Shown here in pieces: positions 56,043-64,000 of a DNA stretch of 64,000 bases (position 1 is its first letter; every line of letters begins with the position of its first letter). Source of the DNA: Acidobacteriota bacterium (lineage in GTDB: Bacteria > Acidobacteriota > UBA6911 > RPQK01 > G965248645); contig OZ252113.1 in NCBI GenBank assembly GCA_965248645.1, forward strand, positions 2,969,325-3,033,324, read 5' to 3'. The position numbers and the translations under genes were made by a program. The notes below the pieces were generated by a model. That model was not told where the DNA came from and did not search any database. It saw only the letters and a program-made list of their open reading frames with translations.

Positions 56043-57647
56043 TCATTCGTATCTCGTCAAGGGAACCAACTCCGGCATGGACACTGACTGCGAGACTACT
56101 GATCCGTAGTTTACCCAGATTTCCACGTTTTCAACGGATATGCCCCCTTGAAGTCCGCGGGGTCGGTGGTCCAGCGAGATCTCCAACAGGTTCTGACCCT
56201 TGCGAGGCCGCACCTGCTTGAGTTGAAATTCCAACCATTGACCCCGATAGGGGCCAAACTGCTCGCCAAAATCCCGCAGACAGGTTTCTTGCTCGAGGGA
56301 GTTTCCATTCAAGCGCAGCGTGAGTCGGTCGGCGCTGACCAGGTTGTAAATGTTGAGCTTGAGCTGGATCTTCCGTATGCGATCAGATGACCCCTCGATG
56401 TCGTCTGCGATGAAAAAGGGGATTGAGTAGCGTTGTTTAGCGTCCGCAGACGGGATCTCAATGGGCAAAGCAGCATAGTATCCCATCTCATCTGCAATTT
56501 TCGACCTGCGTCGCAAAACGTAGTGCTTGTTGCCCTCTTTGATGAGCTCCCGGTCCCCTAGTTCAGTCAAGGTACGGCGCTGGGCGTCTCCCAGAGGCCA
56601 TCGCATGAACTGGGTGTAAAGTCCATCCACTCCTCGGAACCAATGGTTTGCCGCAGCTGCCCGCGTGATTTCCGGAGTGGCATACATTCGGATCGGAGCA
56701 CCAGTGACCTCGGTTCTCACGTAGGGCTGAAGTATCCCATAGACAGCGGTGTCGACCTCATGAGCCGCTTGGATGAGCCAGTCGATTGGCATATTGGGGT
56801 CGAGCGTAAAGTCCATGTACAGCATTGGCAGCACATAATCGAGGAGGCCTTCCCTGAGCCAGGTGCGAACGTCAAGACCGCGCTCAAGACAGGTCTGCTC
56901 GGTGGGATAGACTCGTACGCCGATCGCGCCGGAGCCACCCGGCCGACGGCGCACCATCTGGGAGATCTTTCTTACGTAGTCGGTCAATACTGGCGTGTAT
57001 TCGGCGACGTCTTCCTCACGGAGGGAGAATGACATCCCACCTGGAGCCGCGGCAAAGTCGAGCTCCACTCCTTCGATGTCATAGCGGGTGGCAAGTTCCT
57101 CTAGTACCGCAAACTGATGGTCGCGGACCTCAGTGTGGGCCAGACCCCTGCCCCCCGACTTGAGCTGGTGGGCCGGGTCCATACCCTCGTAGCTGCTCAT
57201 TCGCAAGCTGGCGAAGAAATCCATGCCCTTTGTGTGAGCCCGGTCAATGAGCACGGTGAGTGGATCGAGGCCTCGATCGATTAGACTCTGCATGTTCTCC
57301 CACGCCCGCCAGAAGGCCGCCAATCGGAAGGCGGTTGCATGCTCTTCGTACTTAAAACGCTTGCCAACCTTTGAGGGGTAAAAGAGCCCTCCGCTAGCCA
57401 CTCCGTAGATGAAAGTGTCCACCGCAGTACCCGCCACTTCATCGACGGGACGCCAGACATCCTCCAACTTCATGGGTGGCTCGAAGACGTACATATAGTA
57501 GTGGCGGGCATCATTGAAGTAGAGGGTTCTGTGCCTTCGCTTAGTGGGCTCTTTCTCTGAAGGATGAGTTGACGTTCCCCCCAGGACTGTTGTCCCAGCT
57601 GAGGAGCTAGTCATCCCACTCATGAACGATCGTCGCGTCATTCCCAT
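56043..57647 (-). CDS. Tat-exported GHL10/DUF187-like protein, tandem paralog
   Basis: TRRSFMSG signal; long stretches identical to 54361-55953. Confidence 0.7.
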   Translation of the reverse strand: MGMTRRSFMSGMTSSSAGTTVLGGTSTHPSEKEPTKRRHRTLYFNDARHYYMYVFEPPMKLEDVWRPVDEVAGTAVDTFIYGVASGGLFYPSKVGKRFKYEEHATAFRLAAFWRAWENMQSLIDRGLDPLTVLIDRAHTKGMDFFASLRMSSYEGMDPAHQLKSGGRGLAHTEVRDHQFAVLEELATRYDIEGVELDFAAAPGGMSFSLREEDVAEYTPVLTDYVRKISQMVRRRPGGSGAIGVRVYPTEQTCLERGLDVRTWLREGLLDYVLPMLYMDFTLDPNMPIDWLIQAAHEVDTAVYGILQPYVRTEVTGAPIRMYATPEITRAAAANHWFRGVDGLYTQFMRWPLGDAQRRTLTELGDRELIKEGNKHYVLRRRSKIADEMGYYAALPIEIPSADAKQRYSIPFFIADDIEGSSDRIRKIQLKLNIYNLVSADRLTLRLNGNSLEQETCLRDFGEQFGPYRGQWLEFQLKQVRPRKGQNLLEISLDHRPRGLQGGISVENVEIWVNYGSVVSQSVSMPELVPLTRYE

Positions 57648-57783
57648 TCTTTCCTCCTTTGAAAAACCAAGATGACACGGCTGATGGTACTCAGCTTTGT
57701 TCGATTAAATCGCCGGGGTTTTCACCACCAACAACGAGAGTGACTGGAGATTTTCTCAGAAAGCTACAAGCTCTTGATTCCAT

Positions 57784-57871
57784 TGGTGCGAAAGGGGGGA
57801 CTCGAACCCCCACGGGCTCATCACCCACCAGATCCTAAGTCTGGCGCGTCTGCCAATTCCGCCACTTTCGC
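57784..57871 (-). tRNA. tRNA-Leu(TAG)
   Basis: GCGAAAGTGGCGGAATTGGCAGACGC..CT-TAG-GA; long variable arm; encoded CCA. Confidence 0.95.
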
Positions 57872-58329
57872 ATCTTTCCACGAGACCCACTTTATTTTAA
57901 ACGATCCTTCCAACCCAACCAACCAATCAAAGGCACAAGTGAAACCCGGATCGTCTCTTTTCGTATAACTGTTTCCCGCCAGGGGTGCGGTGGAGCCGCT
58001 GCGTGAATGTCTCTTCTCTCAGGTCGGCGACGCCAACTATCACGGTCATCTCGGCCAGAGCAACTACGGAGGCACCAACGCGGGAAGACACCCCAACCTG
58101 GTGCAGGCGGTGCGTACCAATTTCTACTCGTATATCCGTGACCCAGACTACGGCAACGAGGCCTACGATGTGCTGCGGGATCCATTGGCATTGAACAACC
58201 TATTGGGTGGCGACACACCCGAAGAAGAGCCGATTCAACTACTTCGTTCTCATCTGGAAGGGTGGGAACAAGAGTGCCTGGAGCTCCGCACAAATTTGGG
58301 AATCGTCCCCGGCTATCGTGGTTTCGATG

Positions 58330-58758
58330 ATGGCTGGGAATAGGGTTCTCGATCAAGGCTACATCGTAGAGGCCGGGAAGCTACCCGGCTCCCGCCATGT
58401 TTGTGCCTTCACCTCGCTGTTTCGGCTGGAGGACGGGACAGTGCTTGCCACCTGCCGGCTCGACAGTGCCAAAGACTCGGCCAACGGTAACTGCCAGGTG
58501 GCTCGATCGGAGGATGACGGCCAGACCTAGGATCTCAGCAAGGAGTTGGTAGTCTACAGTCAGGAGCAGGGTAAATCTAGCGAGCAGGTGCAAGATTACG
58601 CCCAGGCCTGGGAGCAGATAAGCCAGTGGACCTTCGGCCACCCTGCGGCGGTCATGCTGGACGACAAACTACTGCTGGTCGCTTACTATACTGGCGCACA
58701 CGACCTTTGTCTGAGCGCTCGTTGGGCGCGCATCCGAGTCGAGTCTTCTCCTGATTGA
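58330..58758 (+). pseudogene. BNR/sialidase-like protein with a stop and internal deletion
   Basis: Asp-box RSEDDGQT* followed by C-terminal FGHP..LLVAYY. Confidence 0.55.
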
Positions 58759-58998
58759 GTGTACCACCTAAGAGAAAAATGTCTACGCGGGTATATCGGT
58801 GGCCATACCCTTCATGCACCGCCGGCTCAGGTACTTTGACGAGATCGTGGCCAATCTCCTTTTTTGGGTGGGAAAGGACAAGGTCCTCTTCGACAACGAC
58901 TACGCCATCTGGCACCTCAGATACGTGCTGGCGCCTTCGATGGTAGGTTCGGTTTTGATCAGGTGCTTGACGGGTCTTATGGACGTCGGGGTCTCTCC

Positions 58999-59811
58999 TC
59001 AATGAGTGGTGTTGCCGCGCACCTGTCGGGTCATCGCTACCATCTCCTGCCGAACCTCCTGGGGGGTTCTCACTTCCCTGGAAAAGGCCAACCGGATGGG
59101 GCGGGGACCGGCAGCTGTGGTCGCCGACATCTCAAAGCCGTAGCGATCGACTCCGGTCATGATCGCGGTTGTGGTGTCAGTGGCCTCGGTGAAGGCTCTG
59201 CAGCAGGCAACCATCGTTTCCGAGTGGTCGATGTTCATGTGCCTGATGATGTCCTCAGCATAGCCCGCGATGGGATCGGGTACGGCGTCGAACCAGTCGG
59301 CAGCCTCGATCCACGACATCCGGCCGTAGCCGCCGATGTAACGCAGCGACTGCACCTCTTGCCGCCACAGATGGAAGTCCTTGAAATCGATGTAGTAGGC
59401 GGCGTTGGAGTGGAAGCGGAGGAAGGCTTCCCGTGCCGTGTCGAGATCCGGTCTCCTCTCCAGGACTCGTATCTTTCCAGCAATCGTGATCCGCCCGCGG
59501 GCCAGAGGGTCTCCCGTGCCCTGTTCGACCACTAGCAAAGACGAACGGGAGTCGGCGCGCAAGTTCCGTGTGTGTTCGGCCAACTCGCTGATTAGAAAGA
59601 CGGGGCTCCCGGCGTCGAGGCCGAACGTGACAAAGGACCCGTAGGGGTATCCGTCCATGTCCTGAGCCAGAGTACATAGTGTTCCGGTGCCGGCATTTGC
59701 GGCCAGGGTGCGCGCCCGCTCGGCATGGGTCGGTGTCCTCACATTCGGATCGTAGAGAAGGGACTCCCGTCCGGCAGGCCTCGAGTGCTTTCGGGTGCTC
59801 ATGGGTATCAA
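58999..59811 (-). CDS. HugZ-like / PNPOx-fold protein with DUF2470
   Basis: GYPYGS, ISELAEHTRNL, YIGGYG and IIRHMN.DH..GVDRYG motifs. Confidence 0.88.
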   Translation of the reverse strand: MIPMSTRKHSRPAGRESLLYDPNVRTPTHAERARTLAANAGTGTLCTLAQDMDGYPYGSFVTFGLDAGSPVFLISELAEHTRNLRADSRSSLLVVEQGTGDPLARGRITIAGKIRVLERRPDLDTAREAFLRFHSNAAYYIDFKDFHLWRQEVQSLRYIGGYGRMSWIEAADWFDAVPDPIAGYAEDIIRHMNIDHSETMVACCRAFTEATDTTTAIMTGVDRYGFEMSATTAAGPRPIRLAFSREVRTPQEVRQEMVAMTRQVRGNTTH

Positions 59812-60119
59812 TTCAGCTTACGAACGTAGCAGCCGTCTTCAAAATGACTGAACAGATTCTCGACTAGGGGATGGGTGATCGGGTCTGGCCGACTGTCCTC
59901 TTCGAGATTCCTTTCAGCGACATAGGTCATGTGATCGGCGTTATGGACCAGGATACGGTACCAGGGCGCGTCTTTAGGGGGGCGACTCTTCGCGACGTGT
60001 TCGTACCACTCTTCCGTGCCCTGGAAGGTGGCGTCAACATCAATGATGACGCCCCGATAGTCGAACAGTTGGTGGTGCACGAGCTGGCCGATGGAGAACT
60101 TGCAGGTGTATTCAATCAT
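59808..60119 (-). CDS. hspQ: Heat shock protein HspQ (YccV)
   Basis: KFSIGQLVHH.LF.YRGVIIDVD..PWY..TYVAE.NL. Confidence 0.92.
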   Translation of the reverse strand: MIEYTCKFSIGQLVHHQLFDYRGVIIDVDATFQGTEEWYEHVAKSRPPKDAPWYRILVHNADHMTYVAERNLEEDSRPDPITHPLVENLFSHFEDGCYVRKLN

Positions 60120-60484
60120 CGCTGTGGTTCCGCCTCACATCAGGATCGACTTCAATGGTTCGACCGCGAACCGAACATGTGTTCCAGTGTGGGCACGTCT
60201 CGATTAATGGTGCCTGGTCTGATGCCATCCTCGATCCTTGCAGCATGAGCTCGGTCAAGTGCTTGGGGCTTATCTCATCCATTCGCATTGCTTGTCTCTG
60301 TCTATCCGGACCTCCCTTCTGTACTTGCCCAGCTTCGACAGACCGACCTGGAAAAGGAGTACCATTTCCGGTGTAGACAGGCAAGCAATTTAGATAGTTT
60401 TCCTCGCAGAGATAGCAAGGTAAGCCTACCGCTTCGCGCACAGAAAACGCTTCCTGTTCGAGAATACTCACGCTTTTCACCCAA

Positions 60485-60748
60485 TTGGAAACGGAGTGCC
60501 GGCGTGCTAAACTGATCAGTGTGGCTTTGCACGTGTTGAAGTATACCTTTGCCTCCCGGCTTACGATGAGCAGAGCTGATCTTCAGACGATTCAGGAACT
60601 CGGCGGGTGGACGAGCATAGATATGGTTGAACGCTATTCTCCCCTGATCGACAAACACAAAGCGGAAGCCGTAGAGAGAATCAGCCCGCGGAATTTCACT
60701 GCAGTATTCACTACACCCACAAAAGACAAGAAGGCTAACTTAGCATAA
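60485..60748 (+). pseudogene. Tyrosine integrase C-terminal remnant at the 5' side of tRNA-Pro
   Basis: LHVLKYTFASRL..IQELGGW..MVERY. Confidence 0.8.
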
Positions 60749-60768
60749 CTTATTGATAAATAAAGGAT

Positions 60769-60845
60769 CGGGGCATGGCGCAGTCTGGTAGCGCGCCTGC
60801 TTTGGGAGCAGGAAGTCGGGGGTTCGAATCCCTCTGCCCCGACCA
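60769..60845 (+). tRNA. tRNA-Pro(TGG)
   Basis: CGGGGCATGGCGCAGTCTGGTAGCGC..TT-TGG-GA..GGTTCGAATCC..ACCA. Confidence 0.96.
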
Positions 60846-61266
60846 TTTTTTTCAATAGTTTACGGGGGTTTCGAAGGCTCGCCCAAAAAGCCACTGTAGT
60901 CGATTTTGTAGATGTGCCGAGCACTCGAGATCTCCAGACTGAGCATTCGCTCGATTCCTAACCTGCTTCTCTCGCGTTACATCTCGTAGGATTCCAATGC
61001 GTGAAGTATGGGGCGAGTACTTGCAAGGTATTGTCGCTTTTTAGGTTAGGGTACTGTCCAGTTAACTAGAATTCCCGGATTTTTGAGGCAAAATCGGTCG
61101 AAGCTCGAACGTAGAATCAACAACTTTGAGCCGGGCCAGTGCACTGAGTAGACACCCAATGCGATTAACTTGACAGTACCGTCGAGTGAGTTGCATATCT
61201 CCGAACACTTCTATCGAGCAAGCGCGAGCAAGCGCATTGCCAGAACTCGCTACTATAAAGGAGCTC

Positions 61267-62790
61267 ATGAAACTACTGAACCGCATCATCAATTGGCTTG
61301 CTGTCTTCTGTGGGTTAGTGGCTTGGTCCGCTTCCATGGCCGCTGCCAAGGTCCACAACGGCCAAGGTGAAATGGCGGGTGAAGTCACCCGAAGCAGTGT
61401 AATTCTTCAGTCCAGGCTTACGCAAGGGTCCCAATTGGTCGAGGGTGATCTGCCGGGCAGAGCGGGAGTCGCTCGCTTCGAGATCTCGACATCCGAAGAC
61501 TTTCAGCAGATAAAGCCAACCGAGTGGCTTGAAGCCAGGGCCCGATATGACTACATCGTCAAGATCAAGGTGTCTGGACTGACACCTGGGACACGCTATT
61601 TCTACCGGCTGCGCTACGGTGCTAGCCCGGCCAACACCAAGCTTGGCCGCTCCTGTTCCTTTAAGACCCTGGCGGGTTCGGGGAAGAGTGTCCCGATAAG
61701 CTTTGTGGTGGTGACCGGAATGAACTATGCCTTCTTTCAGGAGGGTGCACCCCGCTTTAAACGACCCAAATACGAGGGTCCCGATAAGCATTTGGGCTAT
61801 CCGGCGCTGTCAACCATCCTCCGAATGAGCCCGGACTTCTTCGTCGGAACCGGCGACAACGTCTACTACGATCATCCAGCGGCCCAGCGAGCTCGCACTC
61901 AAGAAGAACTCCGACGAAAATGGCATGAGCAGTTTGTCCAGCAGCGCTTCATTGAGCTATTTCGTCGGGTGCCTACCTACTGGGAGAAGGACGATCACGA
62001 CCATCGCTTCAACGATTCGGACCCACACACCCCCGTGCGCGGCTATCATGCGACAGCCGAGGATCGGGAAAACCCGCAACTGGCTGGACAACCCTCAAAC
62101 CAATTGGGAATTTGGACTTTTCTGGAACAGGTACCAGTGGTTGATTCCAACGAGAGGAATCCGGTGACCTATCGAATCCACCGCGTCAGTCGTGAACTCC
62201 AGATCTGGTTGGTTGAAGGCCGGGATTATCGGAGCCCCAACGAAACGCCCGACGGACCATCCAAAACTCTCTGGGGAAGGAAACAAACCCAATGGCTCAA
62301 GCGGACCCTGCTGAAGTCCGATGCGACGTTCAAGATTCTGATCTCGCCCACGCCCATGGTGGGGCCCGACGCCGCTACCAAGCGAGACAGCCATGCCAAC
62401 ATTGGTGGGTTTCAACATGAAGCTAACGAGTTCTTCACCTGGCTGAGTAGGCATGGTCTTCTCAACAACCAGTTCTACCTAGTGTCGGGCGACCGGCACT
62501 GGCAGTACCACGCTATCCACCCCGCCGGGGTCGAAGAATTTTCCTGCGGCGCCATCTGCGATGCCAATGCTTTTTCCGGCGTTTCGCCGGGTGATCCTAA
62601 TTCGACCGATCCCACCGGCAAAATCACTCACAAGTACACTCAGCAGGGTCAGTCTGGAGGCTTTCTGAGAATCAGCATCAAGCCTTCGACAAAGTCCACG
62701 CCGGCCCAAGCGGAGTTTGCCTTCTATGAAGAACGCGGTGCACTCCTCTACCGGGTGATCAAGATGGCCAACAGGCCTTCAATTCGTTGA
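61267..62790 (+). CDS. PhoD-like alkaline phosphatase family protein
   Basis: Signal peptide; GDNVYYD, DDHD, RDYRS and SGDRHWQY motifs. Confidence 0.88.
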   Translation: MKLLNRIINWLAVFCGLVAWSASMAAAKVHNGQGEMAGEVTRSSVILQSRLTQGSQLVEGDLPGRAGVARFEISTSEDFQQIKPTEWLEARARYDYIVKIKVSGLTPGTRYFYRLRYGASPANTKLGRSCSFKTLAGSGKSVPISFVVVTGMNYAFFQEGAPRFKRPKYEGPDKHLGYPALSTILRMSPDFFVGTGDNVYYDHPAAQRARTQEELRRKWHEQFVQQRFIELFRRVPTYWEKDDHDHRFNDSDPHTPVRGYHATAEDRENPQLAGQPSNQLGIWTFLEQVPVVDSNERNPVTYRIHRVSRELQIWLVEGRDYRSPNETPDGPSKTLWGRKQTQWLKRTLLKSDATFKILISPTPMVGPDAATKRDSHANIGGFQHEANEFFTWLSRHGLLNNQFYLVSGDRHWQYHAIHPAGVEEFSCGAICDANAFSGVSPGDPNSTDPTGKITHKYTQQGQSGGFLRISIKPSTKSTPAQAEFAFYEERGALLYRVIKMANRPSIR

Positions 62791-63108
62791 ACAGCGACCA
62801 CCCCTGGCCCTCTCCTAAACTTCGGAGGGGAGCTTGTCGAACACCTCCGGAGCTTGGCAAGTCTGTAGGAAGCTCGCGAGGTTTCCTTTGGGAACCGATG
62901 GGAGGGTAGTAAGGGGTGTCCCCTCGAAAAACTCCATCTAACCCTTGAGGAAGCACCTGGGCGCAGTCTCATGTTTCAGATATGGGGTGCTCTTCCTCGG
63001 CAATCCTTAGGAACCACGATGAGGAGCCGTGAACAGACTGTTGTTTGACGGTCGAGGAGGGCCGCTGAGCAGACCTTGACTGAGTCGGACGGATGTTGAA
63101 GGAAAGAG

Positions 63109-64000
63109 TTATGCTGCTACACGTTCGTAACGATGGTGCAGCCCGCCGCAAACCGGAAACGAGATCAACTTGAATGGCCCCTCAACTACATCCGGACCCT
63201 TGGTGGAGACTGGAGTGTCGCCGTCCAGTGCCTGATGGGGCCGGGCGGAGTGGTAGTACTGCTCAATGTACTCGCTGAGCAAACGGTTCAGGTGCCTTTC
63301 ACCGAGCACGATGACGTGATCGAGCAGTTCCCGGCGTAACGTGCCGACGAACCTTTCAATGTAGGGATTCTGCCAAGGACTCCGGTAAGCCGTTCGCACT
63401 TCTTCAATGTTGCAGCTGTCCAGGAACTTCCGGACTCCGCGGCCGTAGATGCCGTCATTGTCACGCAACAAGTATCTGGGCTTACGACCGAAGGGTGTGG
63501 CTTCCCTAAGCTGCTGAATGACCCATGCCATGGAGGGATGGTACGTCGTTGCGAGATGAATCACTTTCCTGCGGCCATGGTCGAAGACGACGAACACGTA
63601 GAGAAAAGAAAAGTTGATCGTAATCACCGTAAAGAAGTCCATCGCCCAGGAGACGTTCAAATGGTTGCGCAGGAAAGGCAGCCAGTTCGTTGGTTTGTCA
63701 GGCTGATTCTTCGGCTGGACCATGTACTTGCGGATGGTGTCGTTACAAGGGGGATCGCAATCGAGAAGCCGCAAGGTATCCCCGATTCGTTCGGCACTCC
63801 ATAAGGGATTCTATCGGCCGAGCCGGCGAATCAGATCCCGCATCTCCTTTGTTGGCACGGGAGGCCGGCCAGGCCGCCCCCTCGACTTCCTGCGCCAGTA
63901 GAGACGGAAGGCTGTAGTGTGCCATCGCTTGACCGTAGCGGGCTGCATCAGATGTGCCACTTGATGCCATTGATCCCACAGGCCTTGGACAGCAACACCC
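63109..64000 (-). pseudogene. Integrase-core (rve) transposase with an in-frame stop near 63810, 5'-partial
   Basis: PATVKRWH..GRPP..*NPLW, AMDFF, RDND.IY and NPYIERF..TLRRE motifs. Confidence 0.8.

Noticed and set aside
61214-61236. Tandem 11-mer (CGAGCAAGCG-type) upstream of the PhoD-like gene
   Set aside because: Only two units and no resemblance to a Pho box; probably a local duplication.

Overview
A roughly 55% GC bacterial chromosome segment, probably from an Acidobacteria-like organism (inferred from Planctomycete-type cytochrome/DUF1501/DUF1552 genes, a Hanks-kinase fragment, OmpH and Tat-exported GHL10-like paralogs). Catabolic and housekeeping genes alternate with a heavily decayed mobilome. 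The window holds three tRNAs (Arg-CCG, Leu-TAG, Pro-TGG), a ~12-kb island at tRNA-Arg carrying a type IIG restriction-modification gene and a satellite-like rep/xis/int module, four tyrosine-integrase remnants, two IS3 copies, an ISSod11-like IS1595, and many frameshifted or truncated genes. The most striking feature is a 3177-bp ISNwi1-group IS1595 transporter element present twice (12184-15360 and 50364-53540; one SNP seen by eye). Just inside its left TIR is a ~306-bp repeat-bounded non-coding cassette. This cassette encodes an antisense, D-arm-less tRNA-like RNA with an alanine-identity acceptor stem (G3:U70, A73) and a Trp-like CUCCAAA loop, plus its own promoter and terminator. The opposite strand carries hairpins with loops complementary to that loop, upstream of the transposase. 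The element also carries a ClpP-fold protease and small passenger genes. A transposase-less 789-bp cassette with matching TIR tips lies at 41872-42660. All family assignments come from motif recognition by eye; no searches were run.
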